From Elusimicrobiota bacterium (GTDB taxonomy: Bacteria; Elusimicrobiota; Elusimicrobia; UBA1565; UBA9628): a stretch of DNA of 64,000 nucleotides. Both the position numbers and the translations under genes were made by a program. Positions 21,414-29,803 of this stretch are shown here, piece by piece. Under the pieces are notes generated by a model. It was not told where the DNA came from and searched no databases. It worked only from the letters and a program-made list of their open reading frames with translations. The stretch's first letter is position 1. Each line of letters starts with the position of its first letter. The DNA is taken from positions 379 to 64,378 of the forward strand of contig JAUYSH010000039.1 of assembly GCA_030696455.1 (NCBI GenBank), written 5' to 3'.

Positions 21414-22466
21414 TTAATGAGCGGCGGCGGCCGGGGCGAGCTTGGCCCGCAAGGCCGCCAAAACCTCGTCTCCGGGAAAACGGCGCAAGGCCGCCTCCGC
21501 GCAACGGGAGGCTTCCTCGCCTCGGGCGAGGGCCGCCAAGGCGCGGATGCCGTTGACATGGAAGGAGCGCTCGTCCGGGTACTTCTCCAGGCCGCGAAGG
21601 CACAGCTCCGCGCACTCCTCCATGCGGCCGCAACGGCCGTAGATCGCCGACAGGCCGACCCAGGCATAGGCTTCGTGGCCGCGTGACTCGAACCACTCGC
21701 ACAGCGCCTCCGCCTCCCCGTACATCTCGAAGGCGAGCAAGGACGCGAACAGGTCCTCGAGGTAGCGGCTGCCCTCGCCGCCGAGCGCCTGCAGCCGGCG
21801 CATCATCTGAAGGAAATGGCGGACCGGCATCCAGGCGTGCTTCTCGCCCAGCGGCAGGCGCACCAACCGGCGCAGGTCCTCGGGCGCGAACTTGCCCGCG
21901 TCGGGCATCATCATCAGGACGGGGTGGTCCTCTCCGGGCAGGGGCTGAAGCTTCCCGAAGGAAAGCCGCGCGCCCGCCGGGATCACGAGACGTTCGAACG
22001 GCAGCTCATAGCGTCTCTGCCCCTCGTCGTTGACGCGGCCCTCGGACAGCGCGCTCACCTCGGTCCACGGCACCGACACGGACACGCCCGAATCGAGAAA
22101 GAGCTTGATGCCCGCGAACCGCCGCACGCCGCGCAGCAGGCCGAACACCTGTCCGGGCATGTGGCCCATCCACAGGAACTCCTTGCCTTTCGGCGTCTTG
22201 AGATTCCGCGACGCGACGAAGTCCCGCACGCGGTCGCGCGCGGGGAACACCGGCACCCACACGCCGCCGAGCTCGGGGTCCTTGTCGGCCCAGACCGGGA
22301 ACGACGCGTCGGGCTTGGTGACGCGCTTCATCTCGCCTTCCGCCAGCGGGACATCCACGGTCAGCAGATAGGTCTCCGAACGCAGCAGCTCCTTATAAAG
22401 GGGCGTGCGGGGCAGACGCGGGTTGAGGAAGGCGCGCCGGATCAAGTGCTCGAGATTTTCGACCAT
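21414..22466 (-). CDS. hypothetical protein (SseB-like N-terminal region, TPR-like C-terminus)
   Basis: 350-aa ORF. The C-terminal helical repeats (YGEAEALCEWF..AYAWVGLSAIYGRCGRMEECAELCLRGLEKYPD) look TPR-like. Function unknown. Confidence 0.5.
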   Translation of the reverse strand: MVENLEHLIRRAFLNPRLPRTPLYKELLRSETYLLTVDVPLAEGEMKRVTKPDASFPVWADKDPELGGVWVPVFPARDRVRDFVASRNLKTPKGKEFLWMGHMPGQVFGLLRGVRRFAGIKLFLDSGVSVSVPWTEVSALSEGRVNDEGQRRYELPFERLVIPAGARLSFGKLQPLPGEDHPVLMMMPDAGKFAPEDLRRLVRLPLGEKHAWMPVRHFLQMMRRLQALGGEGSRYLEDLFASLLAFEMYGEAEALCEWFESRGHEAYAWVGLSAIYGRCGRMEECAELCLRGLEKYPDERSFHVNGIRALAALARGEEASRCAEAALRRFPGDEVLAALRAKLAPAAAAH

Positions 22467-22516
22467 CTTAACCCAACTTTAACCCCGATAATCCGGGGCG
22501 TCAAGGCCCAATTACG

Positions 22517-23326
22517 TCAGGGTTTTCTCGACGCCGGGCCCTTCAGCGAGCGGTCCATCCCGGTCAGCGAGCACAGCGCATCGCCGACGGCGCGGGGCAG
22601 GGCCTTCACGAGCGGGATGAGCTTGACCATGCCGGGCTCGCGCACGTACAGCCGGTCGGCCTTCACGGCCGCGACGACCTTATCCGCGAGCGCGTCGGGC
22701 TTCAGCCACGGCGTGAACAGCGGCGGGGTCGAATCCGGGAACATCCCGGTGTCGATGAAGCTCGGGCAGACGATGGTCATGCCCACGCCCTTGGCCCCCG
22801 CGCGCCGAAGCTCCAGGCGCAAGGATTCGGCGAAGCCGACGACTGCATGTTTACTGGAGCTGTAGACGGCCATGCCCGGCACTCCGAGCAGGCCCGCCGC
22901 CGAGGCGATCATGATCACATGTCCGGAATTCCGGGCGATCATGCCGGGCAAAAACGTTTTCGTGCACCAGTAATAGGAGTTTATGTTCACGTCCATCTGC
23001 CGTTTGATCTCATCATCAGACGTCGTCAAGAAGTCACCGGGCGCGTGCACTCCAGCGTTGTTATCGAGTATATCGACGGGGCCGAGTTCACGCTCGACTT
23101 GCAGCGCTCCTTCACGCACCGCGGAAGGGTCCGTCACATCCAATCCCCATCCTTTTGCCGTCATGCCGTTCGCGCGAAGCACGGCTGCTTTCTCCTCGGC
23201 CTTCTCGCCGTTGATATCCCACAGCGCCACCTTCGCGCCTTCTCGCGCGAGGGCAAGCGCGGTCGCAAACCCGAGCCCCCCCGCCCCGCCGGTGATGACC
23301 GCCGTTTTGCCGTTCAGGTCGAGCAT
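22517..23326 (-). CDS. SDR-family oxidoreductase
   Basis: TAVITGGAGGLG cofactor motif, NNAG, and YSSSKHAV (YxxxK) catalytic motif. Start at MLDLNGK. Confidence 0.85.
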   Translation of the reverse strand: MLDLNGKTAVITGGAGGLGFATALALAREGAKVALWDINGEKAEEKAAVLRANGMTAKGWGLDVTDPSAVREGALQVERELGPVDILDNNAGVHAPGDFLTTSDDEIKRQMDVNINSYYWCTKTFLPGMIARNSGHVIMIASAAGLLGVPGMAVYSSSKHAVVGFAESLRLELRRAGAKGVGMTIVCPSFIDTGMFPDSTPPLFTPWLKPDALADKVVAAVKADRLYVREPGMVKLIPLVKALPRAVGDALCSLTGMDRSLKGPASRKP

Positions 23327-24564
23327 CGGACCTGTCCTCCGCCGCGCACGACGTACTTCTCGCACGTCAGCCCCTCGAGCCCCACGGGCCCGCGCGCGTG
23401 CAGCTTCTGCGTGCTGATCCCCATCTCCGCTCCCAGGCCGAACTCCCCGCCGTCGGTGAATCGGGTGGACGCGTTCACATACACGGCGCCGGCGTCCACT
23501 TCCCGCAAAAATCTCTCCGCGCGCTTCTTATCGCGGGTCACGATGGCCTCGGCCAGGCCGGAGCCGTGGCGCGCGATATGATCGATCGCCTCATCGATAT
23601 TCTTGACGACCTTGACGGACAACACGAGCGCCAGGTATTCCGTGTCCCAGTCGGACTTCGTTGCCGTTTTGACGTTCGGAAGGATCTTCCGCGTTTCAGA
23701 GCAGCCCCTCAGCTCGACGTTCGCCCGCTCGAACTTCCCCGCCATATCCGTCAAAAATCGCTTCGCGATCTTCGCATGCACCAGCATCGTTTCCATGGCG
23801 TTGCACACGCCCGGCCGTTCCGCTTTCGCGTTGAGCACGATCCGTCCCGCCATGGCGAGGTCGGCCTTTTCATCGACGTAGGTATGACAAAGCCCCTTGT
23901 CGTGGGCCAGCACCGGGATGAGGGATTCGTGCCTCACCGCCGTGGTGAGATCCGCCCCGCCGCGGGGGATGACGAGATCGATCAAGGCGTCGAGCCGCAG
24001 AAGCCTTTTCACCGCCGCCCGGTCCGGATCGTTCACGAATCCGACCGAGCCGGGCGGAAGACCGGCCTTTTTCAAACCTTCGCGAAGGGCTTCGGCGATC
24101 TCATGATTGGTTTTGACGGTTTCCTTCCCGCCGCGCAGGATCGCCGCGTTGCCCGACTTGATGCACAACCCGGCGGCATCCGCGGTCACTCCCGGGCGGG
24201 ATTCATAGATGACGGCCACAACGCCGAGAGGAACACGCATCTTGCGTATGACTAGGCCGTTGGGCCTCCGCGCGAATTCCGTCGTCCTTCCTACCGGGTC
24301 CGGGAGCTTCGCGACAAGCTCCAGGGCCCGCGCGATGCCCTCGATCCGTTCGCCGTTCAAACTCATTCTTTCTATGAAGGCGGCGCTCCGGGACGTTTTT
24401 TGCACCGCCGATAGTTCCTGTCCATTTGCCGTTAAGATCCGCCCCGATCGCTTCCTCAGCGCCCGGGCCATTTCCAGCAAAGCCCTATTCTTGAGGGCCG
24501 TGGATGCGCGCGCGAGCACCCGACTCGCCGTTCTCGCCTCGCGCGCCATTTTTTCGATGTTCAT
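23314..24564 (-). CDS. proA: glutamate-5-semialdehyde dehydrogenase (gamma-glutamyl phosphate reductase)
   Basis: 416 aa with GVVAVIYESRP, the aldehyde dehydrogenase fold and NASTRFTDGGEFG. Adjacent to proB. Confidence 0.9.
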   Translation of the reverse strand: MNIEKMAREARTASRVLARASTALKNRALLEMARALRKRSGRILTANGQELSAVQKTSRSAAFIERMSLNGERIEGIARALELVAKLPDPVGRTTEFARRPNGLVIRKMRVPLGVVAVIYESRPGVTADAAGLCIKSGNAAILRGGKETVKTNHEIAEALREGLKKAGLPPGSVGFVNDPDRAAVKRLLRLDALIDLVIPRGGADLTTAVRHESLIPVLAHDKGLCHTYVDEKADLAMAGRIVLNAKAERPGVCNAMETMLVHAKIAKRFLTDMAGKFERANVELRGCSETRKILPNVKTATKSDWDTEYLALVLSVKVVKNIDEAIDHIARHGSGLAEAIVTRDKKRAERFLREVDAGAVYVNASTRFTDGGEFGLGAEMGISTQKLHARGPVGLEGLTCEKYVVRGGGQVRCST

Positions 24565-24651
24565 TTGATTTTCGCACTCGTCTCATCCACAAATCCTGCT
24601 CCAACTGTTGTCAACAACAGTTGAAGCACCCGGGGTGGATAACCCACGGCG

Positions 24652-25743
24652 CTACTTCCTCAAAACCGCCAAATTGTCCCGATGCACCACTTCGTCGGCC
24701 TGTTTGACCCCGAGCACCCCCTCGATCTCGGAGGTCTTCAATCCCTTTATCTTCTCCAGATCCCGCGAGCTGAAGTTGGTGAGCCCGCGCGCGAACTCCA
24801 CACCGCCCTCGACCAGGCTCACGACGTCGCCCGGCTCGAAAGCGCTGGCCAGGCCCTTGACCCCGGACGCGAGCAGGCTCCTCGCTTTGCCCGTCAGGGC
24901 TTCCCTGGCGCCCGCATCGACGATGATCCGTCCTTTCGGGTGGGACGCGAACGCGAGCCACTGACGCCGCTTGGCGAGGGGCTTCTCCCCCGGCAGGAAC
25001 CGGGTCCCCACCTCGTCGCCGTTCAACGCCGCCGTCAGCGTTCCCGCCGTGGTGCCGTTGGCCACGATCGAGAGCACCCCGCCCTCGGCCGCCTGGCTCG
25101 CCGCGCGCACCTTGGACTCCATGCCGCCCGTGCCCCACGGCCCGGCCTTGCCCGTGCGCGCGGGCTTGGCGCCCGGGAGAACCTCGGCGATCAACGTCGC
25201 CGCCGGATTCCGGCGAGGATCGTCGGTGTAAAGCCCGTCTTGATCGGTCAGCAGGACGAGAAGGTCGGCGTCCACGAGGCCGGCCACGAGCGCCGAGAGC
25301 CCGTCGTTGTCTCCGAACCTGATCTCCTCGACGGCGACCGTGTCGTTCTCGTTGACGATGGGGACCACGCCCAAGCGCAGCAAGGTCAGCAAGGTGCTGC
25401 GCGCGTTGAGGTAGCGCTCGCGGTGGTGGAGGTCGTCGCCGGAGAGCAGGACCTGGGCCACGGTGATCCGCGGGCGCGCGAACGCCGCCTCCCACGCGCG
25501 CATGAGGCGGCTCTGGCCCACGGCGGCCGCGGCCTGCTTGAGCTGCACGCTCGGCCGCTTCTCGAGCTTCAGCCGCTCGCGTCCCGCGAGGATCGCGCCG
25601 GAGGACACGACGATGATCTCGTCGCCGCCCGCGCGCGCCTTGGCGATCTCGCCGGCCAGGCGGCGCAGGGTCGCGCCGGAAAGGCCTTCGCCCCCGCCCG
25701 ACAGCACGCCCGAGCCGACCTTGACGACGATCCTCTTGGACAT
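24652..25743 (-). CDS. proB: glutamate 5-kinase (with PUA domain)
   Basis: IVVKVGSGVL, VSSGA, IPIVNENDTV, FGDND.LSA motifs. C-terminal PUA-like region. Confidence 0.9.
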   Translation of the reverse strand: MSKRIVVKVGSGVLSGGGEGLSGATLRRLAGEIAKARAGGDEIIVVSSGAILAGRERLKLEKRPSVQLKQAAAAVGQSRLMRAWEAAFARPRITVAQVLLSGDDLHHRERYLNARSTLLTLLRLGVVPIVNENDTVAVEEIRFGDNDGLSALVAGLVDADLLVLLTDQDGLYTDDPRRNPAATLIAEVLPGAKPARTGKAGPWGTGGMESKVRAASQAAEGGVLSIVANGTTAGTLTAALNGDEVGTRFLPGEKPLAKRRQWLAFASHPKGRIIVDAGAREALTGKARSLLASGVKGLASAFEPGDVVSLVEGGVEFARGLTNFSSRDLEKIKGLKTSEIEGVLGVKQADEVVHRDNLAVLRK

Positions 25744-25827
25744 CTTCCCCCGAGGGTATCATTACGACCATCCTTGAGGATAGTCGACGAGGTGACGCGC
25801 GCGGCCCGGATATGGCAAAATGAGTTT

Positions 25828-26370
25828 ATGACCGCCACTATCGTCGGCGTCGGAATACGAAAGGTCACTCAGCTGGGGCACCCGGTCCTGCGCAAGGTCC
25901 TGCGCAAGCTCAAGCCCGAGGAGATCCGCTCCGAGGACGTCCGCCGCCTCGTCCGGGAGATGGCCGTCACCATGGACGAGTACGACGGCGTGGGCGTGGC
26001 CGGCAACCAGGTCGGCGAGTACCTCTCGGTGTTCGTCATGGGCCTGCCCAAGGGCACCAAGCGCCATCCCGACGGCATCGAGCTGACGGTCGTCTTCAAC
26101 CCCGTCATCAAGCCCCTCGGCGACGATTTCGAGGAAGACTGGGAAGGCTGCCTCTCGGTCCCCGACCTGCGCGGCATGGTCCGCCGCCACGCGAAGCTCG
26201 AGCTCAGCGGCCACGGCCTCGACGGCAAGCCGTTCAAGAAGATCTACGAGGGCTTCCCCGCCCGGGTCGTCCAGCACGAGACCGACCATCTCAACGGCTT
26301 GGTCTACTTAGATCGCATGGACGGCCTCAAAACTCTCTCCTACATGAGCGAGCTCGGTCGCCGGGGCTAG
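25828..26370 (+). CDS. def: peptide deformylase
   Basis: GVGVAGNQVG, EGCLSVP and HETDHLNG, the three Def motifs. ATG 25828 lies inside a longer spurious ORF. Confidence 0.9.
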   Translation: MTATIVGVGIRKVTQLGHPVLRKVLRKLKPEEIRSEDVRRLVREMAVTMDEYDGVGVAGNQVGEYLSVFVMGLPKGTKRHPDGIELTVVFNPVIKPLGDDFEEDWEGCLSVPDLRGMVRRHAKLELSGHGLDGKPFKKIYEGFPARVVQHETDHLNGLVYLDRMDGLKTLSYMSELGRRG

Positions 26371-26372
26371 GC

Positions 26373-27353
26373 GTGGCCTTAGCGATCGAAACGAAGGGCC
26401 TCACCAAGGACTACCGCTCGCCGCTCAAGGAGCCGGGCCTGTGGGGCGGCGTCAAGTCTCTGTTCGACCGGAAATACAAGGATACCCGGGCCGTCGACGG
26501 CGTTTCTTTTTCAATTGAAGAAGGCGAGCTCGTCGGCTTCCTCGGCGCCAACGGCGCGGGCAAGACCACCACGCTCAAGATGCTCTCCGGCCTGCTGACC
26601 CCGACCGCCGGCACGGCGACGGCGCTGGGCCATGTCCCGTGGAAGCGAGAGCCGTCCTTCCAGCGCACGATCTCCCTCGTCATGGGCCAGCGCTCCCAGC
26701 TGTGGTGGGAGATCCCGGCCTACGAGACCTTCAAGCTCAACCAGGCCATCTACGGCCTCTCCGACGCGGACTTCCGCCGCCACCTCGACGAGCTCGTCGA
26801 GCTGCTCGAGCTCGGCGAGCACCTCGCGGTCCCGGTCAAAAAGCTCTCGCTCGGCCAGCGCATGCGCTGCGAGCTCGCCGCCGCCCTGCTGCACCGCCCG
26901 CGCCTGCTCCTGCTCGACGAGCCCACCATCGGACTCGACGTCGTCATGCAGAAGAACGTGCGCGAGTTCATCAAGGCCTACAACAAGCGCTCGGGCGCGA
27001 CCATCATGCTGACGAGCCACAACATGACCGATGTCGTCGAGCTCTGCAAGCGCGTGATCGTCATCGAGAAGGGCCGCCTGCTCTACGACGGCGCGCTCGA
27101 CCGGCTCGTCGAGCGCTACGCCGACCACAAGATCCTGCGCGCGCGCTTCACGACCGACGTCGAGCCCGACGACCTGAAGAGCCTGGGCTCCGTGGTCAAA
27201 TACGAGGACCGCACGGTGACGCTCGAGGTTCCGCGCGCGAAAATGGCGGCCAGCGCCGCCGCCCTGCTCGGCTCCTACCCCGTCGCCGACCTCAATGTCG
27301 AGGAGGTCGCCATCGACGACATCGTACGCCGCCTGTTCACGCACGCGGCATGA
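26373..27353 (+). CDS. ABC transporter ATP-binding protein
   Basis: Walker A GANGAGKTT, signature LSLGQRMR, Walker B LLLLDEPT. Confidence 0.9.
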   Translation: MALAIETKGLTKDYRSPLKEPGLWGGVKSLFDRKYKDTRAVDGVSFSIEEGELVGFLGANGAGKTTTLKMLSGLLTPTAGTATALGHVPWKREPSFQRTISLVMGQRSQLWWEIPAYETFKLNQAIYGLSDADFRRHLDELVELLELGEHLAVPVKKLSLGQRMRCELAAALLHRPRLLLLDEPTIGLDVVMQKNVREFIKAYNKRSGATIMLTSHNMTDVVELCKRVIVIEKGRLLYDGALDRLVERYADHKILRARFTTDVEPDDLKSLGSVVKYEDRTVTLEVPRAKMAASAAALLGSYPVADLNVEEVAIDDIVRRLFTHAA

Positions 27354-28144
27354 ACACGTACTGGGTCGCCTACCAGATCGCCCTCCAGGAGACCCTGCAG
27401 CGGCGTTCGACCTTGATCATGGACCGCCTCGGCGGCTTCGCGGTCGTCGTCAGCCTGTACGCCTTCTGGACCGCGCTGATCGGGGACAAGGCGACCTTCC
27501 TCGGCTACACGCGCGGCGAGATGCTGACCTACGTGCTCGCGCTGAACGTCCTGCGCTCCTTCGTGTTCACCGGCCGCGGCTGGCAGCTCGTCGGCGAGAT
27601 CTCGAGCGGCAAGATCTCCTCCTACCTGATCCGCCCGCTGCACTACTACGGCTACGCGCTGGCCCTCGACATGGCGCAGAAGACGGTCCACGTCGCCGCC
27701 TCCATCGTCGAGGTGACCCTTCTCGCCCTTCTGGTGCAGGGCGAGCTTTTCCTGCCGAGCGATCCCGCGACCTGGCTCCTGTTCGGCGCGGCCGTCCTGC
27801 TCTCTTCCTTGATCTTCTTCTTCCTCGAATTCATGATCAGCTCGCTGGCGTTCTGGACCTCGGAGTCCGGCGGCCCGCTGTTCTGCTTCGAGCTGTTCCT
27901 GCAGTTCGCCGCCGGCGCCTTCTTCCCCCTGGACGTTTTGCCCCTGGCTTTACGCAGAATCCTCGAGATGACGCCCTTCCCTTACATGGTCTTCTTCCCC
28001 GTGCGCATCTTCCTGGAGAAGGTGCCGCCTGCCGAGGCCCTGAGCCTGATCGGCATGCAGGCGCTGTGGCTGGCCGCGGTGTTCACGGCCGCGATGATGG
28101 TCTGGAAGCGGGGCGTGAGCTCGTACTCGGCGGAGGGCGGATGA
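27350..28144 (+). CDS. ABC-2 family transporter permease
   Basis: About 6 TM segments. ATGA overlap with the ATPase gene. Confidence 0.7.
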   Translation: MNTYWVAYQIALQETLQRRSTLIMDRLGGFAVVVSLYAFWTALIGDKATFLGYTRGEMLTYVLALNVLRSFVFTGRGWQLVGEISSGKISSYLIRPLHYYGYALALDMAQKTVHVAASIVEVTLLALLVQGELFLPSDPATWLLFGAAVLLSSLIFFFLEFMISSLAFWTSESGGPLFCFELFLQFAAGAFFPLDVLPLALRRILEMTPFPYMVFFPVRIFLEKVPPAEALSLIGMQALWLAAVFTAAMMVWKRGVSSYSAEGG

Positions 28145-28935
28145 CGGCCGTCGCCGGCAAGTACTGGCGCATCTGGCTGCGCACCGCCTCGATGGCGATG
28201 CAGGCCCAGCTCACCTACCGCCTGGGCTCCTTCGGCTTCCTGCTCGGCAAGATGATCCGCCTGCTGTTCTTCTTCGCCTTCATGGCCGCCGTGTTCAACC
28301 ACGTCGAGACCGTGGCGGGCTACAACCTCGTCGAAACGGCGCTCTTCTTCATGACCTTCAACCTCGTGGACATGACCGCGCAGATCTTCTTCCGCGGCGT
28401 GTACGGCGCGCGGCGGACCGTGACCGAGGGCGACTTCGATTTTTACCTCGTCCAGCCCTGCTCTCCTCTCTTCCGCATGACCTGCTCGAGCGTGGACTTC
28501 CTCGACATCATCACCATCCTGCCGGTCATCTTCATGACGGGCGTGGTCTTCGCCCGCCTGCCGCCGCTGCCCTGGGAGAACTACGCCGCCTACGGGCTGT
28601 TGATGCTCAACGGCGTCGCCCTGATCTACGCGATCCACGTTCTCGTGGCCGCCCTCGCCGTGCGCACCCAGGAGCTCGAGAGCGCCATCTGGATCTACCG
28701 CGACGTGATGTTCATGGGCAAATTCCCCGTCGACGTCTACGCCCCCGCCGTGCGCTGGGTCCTGACCATCGGCATCCCGATCGCCGTGATGACGACATTC
28801 CCCGCCAAGGCCCTGCTCGGCCGCCTGTCCCCGGCCTGGGTCGCCTACGCCTTCGCCCTGACCGCCGTCGCCCTCCCCCTCTCCTGGCTGTTCTGGAAGG
28901 ATTCCGTCGCCCGCTACACCTCCAGCTCCAGCTGA
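28141..28935 (+). CDS. ABC-2 family transporter permease (second subunit)
   Basis: About 6 TM segments. ATGA overlap with the preceding permease. Confidence 0.7.
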   Translation: MTAVAGKYWRIWLRTASMAMQAQLTYRLGSFGFLLGKMIRLLFFFAFMAAVFNHVETVAGYNLVETALFFMTFNLVDMTAQIFFRGVYGARRTVTEGDFDFYLVQPCSPLFRMTCSSVDFLDIITILPVIFMTGVVFARLPPLPWENYAAYGLLMLNGVALIYAIHVLVAALAVRTQELESAIWIYRDVMFMGKFPVDVYAPAVRWVLTIGIPIAVMTTFPAKALLGRLSPAWVAYAFALTAVALPLSWLFWKDSVARYTSSSS

Positions 28936-28965
28936 ATGGTGTCAGGCATTCCAGTATTTTCAGTA

Positions 28966-28994
28966 TTGACGCTGTAACGGCCTCCCGCTACCCT
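28966..28994 (+). promoter_or_regulatory. putative promoter TTGACG-17-TACCCT
   Basis: -35 at 28966-28971, -10 at 28989-28994. The -10 ends 6 nt before the PilZ ATG (29001). Confidence 0.45.
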
Positions 28995-29000
28995 AGACCG

Positions 29001-29384
29001 ATGACCAAGAACGGCCGCACCCATGAGCGTTGGCCCAGCGACCTCGCCGTCGAGGTCTTCAGCGGGCCCGTGGGCGGCGTGCGCATCGGCGAGGGTGTCC
29101 TGCTCGACCTGAGCCTCACCGGCTGCCTGCTGCGCGTGCGCGCCCTGCTCAAGGTCGGCGCGACCTACCGCATCAGCGTCAAATGGAAAGACGGGCTGCT
29201 CGACCTGCCCGGACGCGTCGCCCGCGACGCCGGCCGCTCCGGCACGGACGCCGCGGCCCGCCATTACGGCGTCGCCTTCAACCTCACCGGCGGCCAGGAA
29301 AAGGAGCTTCGGGTCCTCGTCGACGTCGTGCGCCGCACCGAGAGGCCCGAGGACAAGGGCTTCATGCGCTCCTACTGGGGATAG
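29001..29384 (+). CDS. PilZ-domain (c-di-GMP-binding) protein
   Basis: RxxxR (RTHER) near the N-terminus and DxSxxG (DLSLTG). Confidence 0.75.
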   Translation: MTKNGRTHERWPSDLAVEVFSGPVGGVRIGEGVLLDLSLTGCLLRVRALLKVGATYRISVKWKDGLLDLPGRVARDAGRSGTDAAARHYGVAFNLTGGQEKELRVLVDVVRRTERPEDKGFMRSYWG

Positions 29385-29412
29385 CCGGAGGCGTCACGGG
29401 CGCCTCGCCCGA

Positions 29413-29802
29413 TCAATTGCCAGCTGGCCGAAAAGCCTGAACGACGAGCGCATCCGCCTGCGGAAGCCCCTTGATCGGCTCGGAATCCTCGCGAAAAATC
29501 TCAAGCTCTCGAAGAAAGCCCCCAACGACATGAAGCAAGAAATGAAGGCCCATGCCGTCGGCATCCTTGGATTCCGCTTCGACGGGCACGCGTTGCAGGA
29601 CCGCGGCCTCATGCGCATCGGCAGGCACGACGAACACGATGCTTAGACAGCCGCAGCCGCATTCTTCAGCGACCCTTACCGTCTTAGCCTGCTCGCGTAG
29701 CGAGCCGCTTCCGGGGAAGTCCCTAGACAGCAGTCGCTGCAGCAGAGCCTCCTCATGAGGCCTGAGAGCACGCGGAGGGTTGATGGACTTTGGACCGTGC
29801 AT
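29413..29802 (-). CDS. putative immunity protein for the upstream toxin-domain protein
   Basis: 129-aa cytoplasmic ORF starting 1 nt after the stop of 29804-31090. Its pattern (LL.RLLS.DFPG...L..Q...V.V.......CGC.SI.F.........DADG..L.FLLHV..G.L.ELEI.R.D) resembles immunity proteins of polymorphic toxin loci. Tentative. Confidence 0.45.
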   Translation of the reverse strand: MHGPKSINPPRALRPHEEALLQRLLSRDFPGSGSLREQAKTVRVAEECGCGCLSIVFVVPADAHEAAVLQRVPVEAESKDADGMGLHFLLHVVGGFLRELEIFREDSEPIKGLPQADALVVQAFRPAGN

Positions 29803-29803
29803 T

